Positions 8,692 through 18,779 of a stretch of 64,000 nucleotides of DNA are shown piece after piece. Position 1 is the first letter of the stretch; every line of letters begins with the position of its first letter. Source of the stretch: an uncultured delta proteobacterium (GTDB taxonomy: Bacteria; Desulfobacterota; Binatia; UBA9968); contig CAWFJP010000016.1 in assembly GCA_963816145.1 (NCBI GenBank), forward strand, positions 32,001-96,000. Direction: 5' to 3'. Below the pieces are notes generated by a model, which worked only from the letters and a program-made list of their open reading frames with translations, ran no database searches and was not told the DNA's origin. Both the position numbers and the translations under genes were made by a program.

Positions 8692-9414
8692 ATGGCACAG
8701 ACGATTGAAAATATTGTAGATCCCAATGATGCCGCCTTATCATCGGAAATGGTGAGGATCGGCGACTTGAACGCGTATGTTTCGCGCCCCAAGGACGGGA
8801 AAAATTTGGGCACAGTTGTCGTGATTCATGAGAACCGCGGTTTGGTCGGGCATATTAAGGACGTGACACGCCGGTTTGCCAAGGACGGTTTCGCTGCGAT
8901 CGGGGTCGACCTGATGAGCCGCATCGGCGGCAGCGACAAGTGGAATGGCAGCGACGAGGCCACCAAAGAAATCCAGAAAATCACCGGCGCCATGGCTGTC
9001 GAAGATTTGACCGCGGCGGTGGCGTACATGAAAAAACAGAGCTACGTGAATGGCAAAGTCGGGGTAGTCGGCTACTGCTGGGGCGGCGGCCAGTCGCTCA
9101 ACTTCGCGACCAAGTGCAAAGATCTCAACGCTGCGGTGGTTTACTACGGCAGGAACCCCGACCCGCTCGATTCCGTCGCGAATATTCCCTGTCCGGTCAT
9201 GGGTAACTACGCGGCCGACGATGCCAACATCATGCCCGGTGTCGAGCCGCTGAAAGCCGCCCTCGCCAAGGCCGGTAAGAGCTTCGACTGCAAGGTGTTC
9301 GATGGCGCCAAACACGCCTTCAACAACAACACCAACGCCGACCGCTATCATCCGGAAGCGGCAAAAGCGGCTTGGGCGAGAACGACCAGTTTCTTCAAAG
9401 CGAATTTGGCCTAA
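8692..9414 (+). CDS. Dienelactone hydrolase family protein
   Basis: IHENRGL, GYCWGG nucleophile, HAF. Confidence 0.93.
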   Translation: MAQTIENIVDPNDAALSSEMVRIGDLNAYVSRPKDGKNLGTVVVIHENRGLVGHIKDVTRRFAKDGFAAIGVDLMSRIGGSDKWNGSDEATKEIQKITGAMAVEDLTAAVAYMKKQSYVNGKVGVVGYCWGGGQSLNFATKCKDLNAAVVYYGRNPDPLDSVANIPCPVMGNYAADDANIMPGVEPLKAALAKAGKSFDCKVFDGAKHAFNNNTNADRYHPEAAKAAWARTTSFFKANLA

Positions 9415-9436
9415 CTACAGACAGGTTTTAGTTGTA

Positions 9437-9484
9437 CAACAGCGGCATGCGGCTTCATTATTTGGAAGCCGCATGCCGCTGTTG
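9437..9484. terminator. Perfect 20-bp inverted repeat between convergent genes (bidirectional terminator candidate)
   Basis: caacagcggcatgcggcttc-8nt-gaagccgcatgccgctgttg. Confidence 0.65.
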
Positions 9485-9634
9485 GTTTACCGGGACTATT
9501 TGCAAATTGACGCAGCAAGGCAGCGATTGGCCCAATGCTGCGGCGATTAGTGGATTCGCTACGTCATTCCCTGCATACTTTTAGCGGGAGTCCGGGTGTG
9601 GCCGAATCCCCAACTAAAGACATCGGTGGTGATG

Positions 9635-10009
9635 CTATTGAACTGACTGTGGCGCTGTAGTGGTTGTTTGGGGTGCCACTGGGTCGTTTTTTTTCTCTTC
9701 AAGCTCGGGACGCTTGCCCACGCCCATGCGGGCGACCTCAGTGTCGATGACGTAGGGGCCTTGGAAGTTGTCCTGCCAAATTTGCTTGGTCAACTCGCTG
9801 TTGCCACCGGTGACGACGTACGACACGGCGCCGAAAAAGGCTTCGACGGGCATGACGATAAGATACTTGATCGGCAAAAACCACATATTTCCGGCGCTGA
9901 CGCCGACGGCGACGCCGGCTTTTTCGATGTTGTCTTCCGCGCGCAACATTTGCGGCAGCGCGGTAGTCAATGAGAGGGCGATCAGTCCTGCCAGCATTTG
10001 GGTTTTCAT
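9635..10009 (-). CDS. Hypothetical exported/membrane protein
   Basis: Signal-like N-terminus MKTQMLAGLIALSL; starts just after the stop of the upstream gene. Confidence 0.7.
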   Translation of the reverse strand: MKTQMLAGLIALSLTTALPQMLRAEDNIEKAGVAVGVSAGNMWFLPIKYLIVMPVEAFFGAVSYVVTGGNSELTKQIWQDNFQGPYVIDTEVARMGVGKRPELEEKKNDPVAPQTTTTAPQSVQ

Positions 10010-10011
10010 AT

Positions 10012-10464
10012 TTACCCTCGACCGAAAAATCTTTCGCGGATGGCGTCGACGCCGTGGCTTGGGTTCCAATAGCGGCGAACGCCGAAATAATAACAACAGG
10101 CCTCGTTATCGAGGTCGTTGTTGAAGCACCTGAGTTGTCCATCTTGAAAACGCACTCGAACCAGGCAGGTGCCGCCGGGAACCGATGAGGTCATGCATTC
10201 CATGACCACGCCAATCCCCCATTCTTCGTAACGCCGGTGGTTGACCTCATCGCCGACTCGCAAGTAAATACGCTTTCCCTCGTTATGGCTTGGGCTGTTT
10301 TCACGGCGGCGTTGGAAATGTTTAAGAGTAAGATCAACATTGGGGGTGGCAGGCTTAGTAAGCGAAGTTGCGCTCGGCGCAGCGGGCTCGGCCTGCACGG
10401 TCGCAGCCGTCTGGTGTTTGCGCGGCGTGGCGCGCCTTCTTTGCGGTGACTTGAGTTTGCCCAC
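10012..10464 (-). CDS. Hypothetical protein with small SH3/Tudor-like (DUF3553-like) domain
   Basis: VGDEVNH..YEEWGIGVV...VRVRFQDG pattern; start uncertain. Confidence 0.6.
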   Translation of the reverse strand: MGKLKSPQRRRATPRKHQTAATVQAEPAAPSATSLTKPATPNVDLTLKHFQRRRENSPSHNEGKRIYLRVGDEVNHRRYEEWGIGVVMECMTSSVPGGTCLVRVRFQDGQLRCFNNDLDNEACCYYFGVRRYWNPSHGVDAIRERFFGRG

Positions 10465-10648
10465 GACGGATCCTTCGATTCACAGGCCCCTTTTTCGTTG
10501 TCCGGCTGCCGCCCGGAATTTCGCTAAACCCATAATCCCAAAAATCCGGTTCACTAGTCAAGTTCTCCAATACCTGGGACTGGAATTATTTCGTGCCCGG
10601 ATCTTCCTAGGAGGGGTCATCAGCCGTGATTTCTCAGCTTCGCTGACA

Positions 10649-11518
10649 TCACTGTAAGAAGGCTAGAAGTGCGTCCGCCAATGCCGTTGGATTGTCCTGA
10701 TGCACCATGTGGCCGGCACCGTCGATAACGATCTGGCGGCGATCGCCAATTGCGTCGTAGCGCGGTTGTTTGTCGGTTCGCCTGGTCTGATGACTTTGTT
10801 TGCCATCGACGATGACCACTGGGCATTCGATATGGCGGAGAAATTCCACAGCCTGGGCGGTGTAAAAGGGTTGGGGTGATGCGGTTCGGTGCAGTGGATC
10901 GAACTTCCAAACCCATTTACCGCCGGCGGTTTGCCGCATTGCGGCTAGCGCCAGGGATCTGGCAAACACGTCTTGTAATCTTGGATTGGTCTGACGCAAC
11001 TGATTGGCTCCCGCTTCTACGCTGGAATATTCGCGAAAGTGGTTGCGGCCGCGTTGGCGGATCTCGCCGATCCATTGGGCCATACGCAGCGGTGCGTCGG
11101 CAAAATTCATCCCCACTGGGCCGACGCCTTCGATGAGCACGAGTTTCGTGACGCGATCCGGAAACGATCCGGCATAGAGCAGCGAAATCGTGCCACCCAT
11201 GGAATGGCCGATGAGTTTGAAAAACTTAACGCCGAGAGTTTGGACGACGCAGTCGATGTCGAGAACATAGTCGGGAAAATGGTAATAGCCGCCAGCCCCC
11301 ACCCAGCCGCTATCGCCATGGCCGCGGCAGTCCGGAGCGACGATCCAAAGGGGCCGTGCCGCGCGCTGTTGTAACTCGGCGACGAAGGGTGTCCAGCTGA
11401 ACGCCAAATCGAGAAAACCGTGAACCAGCAGCAGCGGATCGCCGTTGGGCTCGCCCCATTCGAGGCAATGAATCGGCAAGCCGAGTGAGTCGACAGTTTT
11501 ATGGCGGGGTTCGGACAT
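10649..11518 (-). CDS. Alpha/beta hydrolase
   Basis: VHGFLD, DCRGHG, GHSMGG, AGHMVH. Confidence 0.92.
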   Translation of the reverse strand: MSEPRHKTVDSLGLPIHCLEWGEPNGDPLLLVHGFLDLAFSWTPFVAELQQRAARPLWIVAPDCRGHGDSGWVGAGGYYHFPDYVLDIDCVVQTLGVKFFKLIGHSMGGTISLLYAGSFPDRVTKLVLIEGVGPVGMNFADAPLRMAQWIGEIRQRGRNHFREYSSVEAGANQLRQTNPRLQDVFARSLALAAMRQTAGGKWVWKFDPLHRTASPQPFYTAQAVEFLRHIECPVVIVDGKQSHQTRRTDKQPRYDAIGDRRQIVIDGAGHMVHQDNPTALADALLAFLQ

Positions 11519-11530
11519 GGCGCGGGCGGG

Positions 11531-12004
11531 TTAGACGCGTTGGATCGGCACTTCGATGAAGTCGGTTTTCTCACTCGACCAAGCGAAGGCTTTGATAGCT
11601 TTCACGTCGCGGTCGTAGACCGATGCGACAACTTGAGCCGCCTCGGGATGAGTCGGTTCTCCAAAAGGAGTCGCAGCATCACGGTCCTCGGGCGAAAAGT
11701 AGGCTGGATGATTTGGGTGCGAGTGATAAAAAGCCTTGAGCGTGTAGCCGATTTTTCTCGCTTCAAGCAATAGCGAGTCTAAGACTCTAACGTCCATGTT
11801 GTAAGCGATGGCTGCCGTGCGCGGATGGGTCTTGGGATCGCGAGCGTGAAGTTCGTTCTGGAGATTCCTAAGGCGTTGAGCGCGATCGGTTATTCCGTTT
11901 GAAAGCACGACACCGCAGCACTCTTCAGGAAACTCGTCTTCGGCATGGCGTGAGATTTCGTTCAACGCTTCTTCAGTTAGGACCAGTTCGGTTTGGTTGC
12001 CCAT
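11531..12004 (-). CDS. JAB/MPN (M67) metallopeptidase, Mec-like
   Basis: PEECCG and YHSHP...FSPED JAMM motif. Confidence 0.9.
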   Translation of the reverse strand: MGNQTELVLTEEALNEISRHAEDEFPEECCGVVLSNGITDRAQRLRNLQNELHARDPKTHPRTAAIAYNMDVRVLDSLLLEARKIGYTLKAFYHSHPNHPAYFSPEDRDAATPFGEPTHPEAAQVVASVYDRDVKAIKAFAWSSEKTDFIEVPIQRV

Positions 12005-12160
12005 TGTATCTCATGCTCCTCCACGATGACTGGAATCCTTTAGCACAAGAAACCCCGCAGTGCCATTGTCGCGCGCCGACCACCGAAGCGATGGCACCGC
12101 AGCCAGCGACCAACACTCGGAGAGGCTCTGACATCGAAAAAGGGACGCAGAAAGCTTGAA

Positions 12161-12856
12161 CTAGAAAGTCGGCGCTTTGCGGTTGGTGTAGCGCTTGTAG
12201 GCGTCGAGCACCAGGGTGGCATATTCTTGGGGAAACTCTTGGTTGTTCTCCAGGCGGTTCTGCAATTCCGCCGGGCCGGCGTTGTACGCGATCAAGGCGA
12301 GATTGAGATTGCGAAATTGTTTTCTGAGATCATGCAGATAATAGACACCCATGCGGATATTCAAGATCGGATCGTCGAGAGATTCCGGCCGGTAGGCGAT
12401 CGGATGCAAGCCGAGTTCGCGTCCCACGGCATCTGTCAAAAACTTGCCGGTGTCGGGCATGATTTGCATAATGCCACGTGCGCCCACCGGCGAGATCATC
12501 GAGTATTGAAAGCGGCTTTCTATTTCGATCACCGCCAGCACGAGCATTGGGTCGAGATTGCGCTTGAGACTTTCTTCGAGGATAACCTCGGAGACTCGCC
12601 AGGCTTCAGAATCGGTAATGTCGGGGCGATGGGATTTGACGATGTTATAGACTTTGACCAGCTCTTTGGGACGTGGCTTTTCGACGACTTCGACGATCTT
12701 GACGATTTCCGTCACTTTGCGCGCTTTGCCGCTCTCTGGAAAGCCACGGAAAGCGATTAGTGCCGGCATAAACAACGCGACGGCGAGACTCAGTTTCGCG
12801 CATATACTGCCGCAGCTTAAAGTACGAGTGTGCGTGTTTTTATTACGTATCTCCAT
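12161..12856 (-). CDS. Lytic transglycosylase (SLT domain)
   Basis: IES, GARGIMQIMP, AYNAGP. Confidence 0.92.
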   Translation of the reverse strand: MEIRNKNTHTRTLSCGSICAKLSLAVALFMPALIAFRGFPESGKARKVTEIVKIVEVVEKPRPKELVKVYNIVKSHRPDITDSEAWRVSEVILEESLKRNLDPMLVLAVIEIESRFQYSMISPVGARGIMQIMPDTGKFLTDAVGRELGLHPIAYRPESLDDPILNIRMGVYYLHDLRKQFRNLNLALIAYNAGPAELQNRLENNQEFPQEYATLVLDAYKRYTNRKAPTF

Positions 12857-13095
12857 ACTCTAGTCCTTGATTTTGAAATTATTGAAACCGACGACGCGTT
12901 TCGAAAGTTCGAAAGCTACCGGTTGACTATCAAACGGAGTCGCTCAAGTCAATCGACCGATTGGTAAAAATTTCACTTGCCAAATCGGCAAATCGTCGGC
13001 GGAACTGAGGAATTATTTCTCACGGAGACTTTTTTTCTGCGTGACGACGTTGCTCCGTCAATTCGAGCCATCGAATCACGGCAAGAATTCACGGC

Positions 13096-13133
13096 AAAAA
13101 AGCAAAGGGGCAAGGAAAGTATCCTTGCCCCTT
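13096..13133 (-). terminator. Intrinsic terminator after UbiD gene
   Basis: aaggggcaagga-aagta-tccttgcccctt stem, T-run on minus strand. Confidence 0.7.
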
Positions 13134-13161
13134 GTTCATGAAGTTGATCTTAACGGCAAAA

Positions 13162-14733
13162 TTACCGGCCAGTTCGCGCCAGGGAGTGGACCCAGCCCTG
13201 CATGCGGCTCTTGGCATTCTGAATGTCTTTGTCGCTGAACCAGTTTTTGAGATCGACCCTGTCGACCGGGTAAACCGGCCGCATAAAATCGCTCTCATAG
13301 CCGAACGGCACGGTTGCATCGATGCCCATGCCGCCTTCGAAGTTGGTGTTTGACGCGGTCCATTCTCTCTCGCCGGCGGTCATGCGCTCGGCAGGCATGA
13401 AGGTCTGGCCCCGGCCGCCGGGAAGCGGATTGATGATGTCGGTTTTAGGATTGACGCGGGTGGTCAAGTTCCACATGATGTCGTCCATGTCGTAGGGATC
13501 GGAGTCTTCGCTCACCGCGACCACCAAGCGCGAGCCTTGCGAGGTCGCGAGGATCGCCGCCATGAAATTGCGCTGCCAACCTTCTTCGATGCGGTTGCGT
13601 TTCTTCACCTGGATGATCGCGCCACCCCAATCGGTCATGCAGTAGGGGATGTTGACGTCCATGATGATGCCGGGCTGCATTCTCTCGCAGAGCTCGAACA
13701 TCGCCGCTTCGCGCACCGTGGTATCGATGTTGTGATCGTCGAGCGTGTGCACGCCGAGCGGAAAGATAATCGGTTTGCCTTCGCGCTTGCGCGTGGTGAC
13801 GGCGGTGACATGGAACGTCGGCGCTTTGTAGGCTTTGCCCATGTAACCGGCCCATTCGGGATGGAAATGGAAACGGCCTTGGATGCCGGCTTTTTCCGAT
13901 TCCGCGGTTTCGAAACGGCGATCGCGCGGGTTGACGTAGCCTTCGAGGATGACTTCCGCGTCTGCCAGTGCGTAGGCGTCAACCGTACGCGCTTTGACCA
14001 AACGCATGGGCGCGCCTTGCACGGCGCCGGCGATGCCGACTTCATCACAGCCTTGCGGCAAGATGACGTAATCGAATCCGGCGCCGGCAAGCAGCGAGCC
14101 CGCCACTGGCAAGCCGAAGTTCATGGTGATCGGCACCATCTTGTTGTCTTTGTAATACTTGCTGACGACCTGCCACATGTGCGAGCCGGGAGAGATCTGG
14201 AAGGTTCCGACATTGCCCCAACGGAAGTTCATGCGGTTGTAACCGAGATCCGTTCCGCCGTTGAAATATTCGCCGGAGATCAAACGGTTACCGGAACCGA
14301 CGGTCAATTCGGGTTCGACATTGGTGTGGCGGATCGGCACGACGTAGTCGTTGGCTTCCGCCGGTTTTTCGTAAACTTCCTCCTGTACCGGCGCGTCCTT
14401 TTGATCGACGACGATGGGCGGAATCGGATGGGTGATGGCGTAGGCGAGTTTTCGCGTGCGATCCGCGTGGTCTTTCCAGCCGAACATTTTGTTGATGACG
14501 TTCATGTCGCCAAACAAGTTGGTGATGCAGCGATGCTGGGGTTTGCCCTTAACGTTGTTGAAAAGAATAGGGCAGCCGCCGTCGAGCTTTTTCTGAATGC
14601 CGGTGAGCTCCAGGTTGGGGTCCACCTCTTTGTCGGTGACGATGATGTCCCCTTCTTTTTTCATCCACTCGATCGCGCTGCGTAGATCTCTAGCTTCCTC
14701 CGGCGATGCGCCGTCTCGCTTAGCTTGTGCCAT
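13162..14733 (-). CDS. UbiD-family decarboxylase, AroY/LpdC-like active-site loop
   Basis: 523 aa; DLRSAIEW, GYNRM, E-(insert)-PEWAGYMG, GIDATVPF. Confidence 0.88.
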   Translation of the reverse strand: MAQAKRDGASPEEARDLRSAIEWMKKEGDIIVTDKEVDPNLELTGIQKKLDGGCPILFNNVKGKPQHRCITNLFGDMNVINKMFGWKDHADRTRKLAYAITHPIPPIVVDQKDAPVQEEVYEKPAEANDYVVPIRHTNVEPELTVGSGNRLISGEYFNGGTDLGYNRMNFRWGNVGTFQISPGSHMWQVVSKYYKDNKMVPITMNFGLPVAGSLLAGAGFDYVILPQGCDEVGIAGAVQGAPMRLVKARTVDAYALADAEVILEGYVNPRDRRFETAESEKAGIQGRFHFHPEWAGYMGKAYKAPTFHVTAVTTRKREGKPIIFPLGVHTLDDHNIDTTVREAAMFELCERMQPGIIMDVNIPYCMTDWGGAIIQVKKRNRIEEGWQRNFMAAILATSQGSRLVVAVSEDSDPYDMDDIMWNLTTRVNPKTDIINPLPGGRGQTFMPAERMTAGEREWTASNTNFEGGMGIDATVPFGYESDFMRPVYPVDRVDLKNWFSDKDIQNAKSRMQGWVHSLARTGR

Positions 14734-15081
14734 TCTTCCCTCCGAATTAATTACGTTACTGCTCTAAATATTCAACGCGGCATTTTCCTAAAGACAGTTT
14801 AATCGATCGCTTTAAAAACTTCTTCGGCTAACAAAATTGACGGGGAATTAATCCGAATCCGCGTGCTGAATGGTCCTTAGGGATATACAGAATTTTACCC
14901 AAAGTCAACGAACGCTGGGGGTGCGCGCGCAGCGACCCTTCATTGGCCGACGGGCGAAATTCAGCTCCGGGATCATCGGTGCGCGGAAACTTTGCAGCGT
15001 AACTGTGACTTTACAGTTAACTAGCGGCCTGCTATCTGTGCTTGATTATCCGTGCGCCGCTTTAATTCATGAGGAGAGGCT

Positions 15082-18000
15082 ATGGCCGTAGGCGTTTCGC
15101 GTTCTAAACAAGATTGGCTCTTGCTGGTCGGGATGTTTTGTTTCTTTTTCTCGGGCGCGGCCGGCCTGATTTACCAGGTAGTCTGGACCCGGATGTTGTC
15201 GCAGATCTTCGGCCATACCACTTATGCGATCGCCACGGTGCTATCCGCCTTCATGGCAGGATTGGCCATCGGTAGCTACTGGTTCGGCAAAATCGCCGAC
15301 CGCGGCAAGAACGATTTTTTACTTTACGGCTTGTTGGAAGCCGGCGTGGGTGTCTACGGATTTCTCGTGCCGTGGTTTTTTGCCGGTGCGCAAGTAGTTT
15401 ATCGACCGATTTTTTCTCTCAATGAGAGCTACCCCTTTCTTTTCAACCTCTTCTTATTCTTTCTCTCATTTGTTTTGCTGGTGTTTCCAACCTTATTGAT
15501 GGGCGCGACATTGCCGGTGCTGAGCCGCTTTTTCGTGCGCAGCTTCGCGCAGTTTGGCCGCCGCGTCGGCGATCTGTACGCGACCAATACCTTGGGCGCG
15601 GTCATCGGCTGCGCCGCCGGCGGATTTTTCTTGATTCCGGTGTACGGCATGCGTGCCACCGTGTACGTGGCCGCCAGCGTCAACATGCTTATCGCCATCG
15701 TCATATTGATTGTCGATCGTCTGCGCGATCGAGAACCAGTGGTGGCGGAGGCTGCCGTAGAGACGGCAGCCGTAAGCCAGGAGGACAGCGCCAACGCGCC
15801 GGCGCAAGGCTCGACATATCTCGATTGGGTGCTGCTCGGTTCTTTTGCGCTTTCCGGATTTGCCTCGCTGGTCTATGAGAACGCCTGGACGCGCTCGTTG
15901 ACTATGGTCATCGGTAGCTCGATCTATTCGTTTAGCACCATGCTGGTGACTTTTCTTATCGGTTTGGCGCTCGGCGGCTTTATCTACGCGCGGGTTCTCG
16001 GCAACAAGGAGATGCGCCTGAGCACCTTCGGTCTGATCGAGCTTTGGATCGGCTTGTCGGCGCTGGCGACCATCCCGTTGTTCGAGCGGCTGCCGTTGAT
16101 CTTCGTTCGATTGCTGCAAGGCTTCGGCGATACCTTTACGGTTTTTCTTTATTTGCAAATCTTTCTGTCGGCGCTAGTGATGTTCGTTCCGACCATTCTA
16201 TTGGGCATGACATTTCCGCTGGTGGCGCGACTCTTCACTCAAAGCTTATACCGCGTCGGCAGCGGCGTCGGCAGTTCCTATGCGGCCAACACGGTGGGTG
16301 CGGTACTCGGCGCCTTCGCCGGCGGTTTCATTCTGATTCCCAATTTCGGTGTGCAGAATGCGATCATCTTCGGCGTGGTACTGAACTTGGTTGTTGGTTG
16401 CTGGCTGATTGTGAGCGACGCCCGGCTATCGTTCGTGCCGCGTTACGCTCTTGGGCTCGCGGTCTTGGTTCTGGCGGCGATCGTGCCGTTCAAGGTCAAG
16501 CGCTGGGATCCCAACGTATTGACCAGCGGCGTGACGATTTACAACGATCGCTACGAAGCGCTGCCGAGCGACTCCTTGCGGATCGAAGAGATGAAGCGCG
16601 ACGATGTGCTGTTTTACCGCGAGGGACTGACGACCACAGTCAGTGTCCACAAGATCCTCGGCAGCGATTACCTGTACTTTAAATCCAACGGCAAGATCGA
16701 CGGTTCCTACGGCGATGCGCTGAGCCAGTTGATGACCAGCTACATCGCCATGATGTTGCATCCGAAGGCCGAGACCGCGCTGACGATTGGCTTGGGCAGC
16801 GGCATGTCAGCCAAGGCGTTGGCAACCTTCAAGTCTCTCAAATCCATCGAAGTCATCGAGATCGAGCCGGCGATGATCCAGGCGAGTAAGTTTTTTGACC
16901 GGCAGTCGGTGCGCGTCGACAAATTCCCGGCGGGGGTAAGTTTTCCCGCCGACGATAGCAAAGGGCGGGTGTGGTACAACGCGGCGGAAAAGCGCCTCTA
17001 TTATAAAGGCGTCATGACCGATGCCGAGCGCACCGAGTTGATGAATCGCTCGGAGGACAAAGACTATCGCGGCATGATCGACCGGCTCTACCGCAACGCC
17101 CGCCACTCGCGCCACTCGAGCGTGTTGGAAGACAAGCGGGTACGAGTGATCCCCACCGACGGCCGCAACTATATATTGGCGACGCCGGAATACTACGACG
17201 TTATCACCGCCGAGCCGTCCAATCCGTGGATCGCCGGCATCGCCAATCTTTATACCCGCGAGTTTTACCAAGTTGTCAAATCCAAGATCAAAGAGGATGG
17301 TATATTCGCCCAGTGGTTCCACAACTATTCGATGTCGCCGGACGATTTCCGCATGGTTTTTCGCACCTTCGCTGAAGCGTTTCCCCATGTCTCGTTGTGG
17401 AGTATGAAGGAAAGCGACTTCCTGCTGGTCGGCAGCAAAAAAGAGCAGAAGTTTGACTATCCTGCCGTCAAAGCGATTTTCGACAGCAATGAAATGTTGC
17501 GCTCGGATTTCCAATATTTGGGACTGTCGGATGTTTATGCCGTCCAGGGTTTCTACCGCATGGGCAAGGACGGCTTTTTGGCATTTTCAAAAGGCGCGCG
17601 GATCAATACCGACGACGGCGCGCAATTGGAGTTTTCTGCGCCCAAGAACTTGCGCCGTGCGACCACCGAACTCAACCGCCGGATCATGACGCCGTTTCTC
17701 GTGGATAGTCCGCCCTGGCTGAAAAACGGGCCCTTGCCGGTTTCTCAAGCGATGCATCATTTTTATCTGGCGCAATCCTACGCGGCAAGCGTGGCGCGTA
17801 ACCGCGCTTTGACCGAGCTCGAAGAGGCGATCCGTTTGGAACCGAAGAACGCCAAGTTTCAATTGCTGAAAATGAAGATCCTGCTGGAGCAGGACAAGAG
17901 CTCCGAGGGCGCGCAGGCGGCGTTCAAGGCGCTGGAACAAGGCGCCGAATATATTCCCGACGTGCTGGCCATGAGCGATGAGTTTTATCTGCCCGACGCT

Positions 18001-18528
18001 AAAGTGGTTTATAAAAAAATTATCGACATGGGTACTAAAGAGGTATTGCCGTACTTGGGGCTCGGTAATATCGCGTTGCACTCGGGGGATCTCGCCGAAG
18101 CCGAGAAATGGTTTATCCCGGCGCGTGAGTTGCAGCCGGAACATCCGGCAGTCTTGTTGGCCTGGGGCCGGCTTTCTGCCGCCAAGGGCAATCGCATCAC
18201 TGACTCAGCGCAAGCGAAGAAGGAGTTTCAGGAAGCGCGACAGCTGCTCGAGTCGGCGAAAACCAAGGGCGAAGAATCGGCAACCATCTTTACCGAGCTG
18301 GGCGGCGTTTACACTAAGCTCTCCATGTGGGACAAGGCCGCGGAGAATTATGAAGTCGCCCTGCGCATGCGCCGGCGCCGCAACGATTTGCGCATGGAGC
18401 TTGGTAAGTCCTATGCCAAGCTCGGCAGGACCGCTGAGGCTGAGCGCAAATTCCGCGAGGTGTTAGCGTTCAGCCCCGACGACGCCGAGGCTTGGCGCGA
18501 GTTGCAGATGCTTGGTAAATCTTATTGA
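15082..18528 (+). CDS. Fused multi-TM / spermidine-synthase-like SAM domain protein with C-terminal TPRs
   Basis: Two FSGAAGLIYQVVWTR-type TM repeats, IGLGSGMS, EIEP, DGRN, EPSNPW, TPR tail. Confidence 0.9.
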   Translation: MAVGVSRSKQDWLLLVGMFCFFFSGAAGLIYQVVWTRMLSQIFGHTTYAIATVLSAFMAGLAIGSYWFGKIADRGKNDFLLYGLLEAGVGVYGFLVPWFFAGAQVVYRPIFSLNESYPFLFNLFLFFLSFVLLVFPTLLMGATLPVLSRFFVRSFAQFGRRVGDLYATNTLGAVIGCAAGGFFLIPVYGMRATVYVAASVNMLIAIVILIVDRLRDREPVVAEAAVETAAVSQEDSANAPAQGSTYLDWVLLGSFALSGFASLVYENAWTRSLTMVIGSSIYSFSTMLVTFLIGLALGGFIYARVLGNKEMRLSTFGLIELWIGLSALATIPLFERLPLIFVRLLQGFGDTFTVFLYLQIFLSALVMFVPTILLGMTFPLVARLFTQSLYRVGSGVGSSYAANTVGAVLGAFAGGFILIPNFGVQNAIIFGVVLNLVVGCWLIVSDARLSFVPRYALGLAVLVLAAIVPFKVKRWDPNVLTSGVTIYNDRYEALPSDSLRIEEMKRDDVLFYREGLTTTVSVHKILGSDYLYFKSNGKIDGSYGDALSQLMTSYIAMMLHPKAETALTIGLGSGMSAKALATFKSLKSIEVIEIEPAMIQASKFFDRQSVRVDKFPAGVSFPADDSKGRVWYNAAEKRLYYKGVMTDAERTELMNRSEDKDYRGMIDRLYRNARHSRHSSVLEDKRVRVIPTDGRNYILATPEYYDVITAEPSNPWIAGIANLYTREFYQVVKSKIKEDGIFAQWFHNYSMSPDDFRMVFRTFAEAFPHVSLWSMKESDFLLVGSKKEQKFDYPAVKAIFDSNEMLRSDFQYLGLSDVYAVQGFYRMGKDGFLAFSKGARINTDDGAQLEFSAPKNLRRATTELNRRIMTPFLVDSPPWLKNGPLPVSQAMHHFYLAQSYAASVARNRALTELEEAIRLEPKNAKFQLLKMKILLEQDKSSEGAQAAFKALEQGAEYIPDVLAMSDEFYLPDAKVVYKKIIDMGTKEVLPYLGLGNIALHSGDLAEAEKWFIPARELQPEHPAVLLAWGRLSAAKGNRITDSAQAKKEFQEARQLLESAKTKGEESATIFTELGGVYTKLSMWDKAAENYEVALRMRRRRNDLRMELGKSYAKLGRTAEAERKFREVLAFSPDDAEAWRELQMLGKSY

Positions 18529-18545
18529 GTGTCTGACGAGCGCGA

Positions 18546-18640
18546 ATCACCACGAAGGACACGAAGAGCACGAAGTTCGGAGACTTAGCCGCAAAGAACG
18601 CGACCTTGGGCGGGTAGGGCGCCGCCCCGTTGGTTGCCCT
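18546..18640. repeat. 9-nt tandem CACGAAG repeats plus degenerate GTAG REP
   Basis: cacgaagga cacgaagag cacgaag; GTAGGGCGCCGCCCCGTTGGTTGCCCT at ~18615. Confidence 0.55.
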
Positions 18641-18661
18641 CTTTCCGTCAGTTATTATTCT

Positions 18662-18701
18662 ACGCAAGGCCGCCGCACTAATGCGGCGGCCTTGCGTTTT
18701 T
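18662..18701 (+). terminator. Intrinsic terminator
   Basis: acgcaaggccgccgca-ctaa-tgcggcggccttgcgt followed by TTTT. Confidence 0.75.
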
Positions 18702-18779
18702 CGTCGCCGGCGCGCCTTTGAAGTTCCTGCTCTGAGCGTTTATGCTGCGGCCACGTCTTATGAACCCAGGAGGCTGCCA

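Noticed and set aside
11531-12004. JAB protein as part of a CBASS/ubiquitin-like defence system
   Set aside because: No E1/E2, Ubl or cyclase nearby; Mec-like housekeeping type
12860-13090. Possible riboswitch upstream of the SLT gene
   Set aside because: Hairpins present but no recognisable c-di-GMP or c-di-AMP consensus
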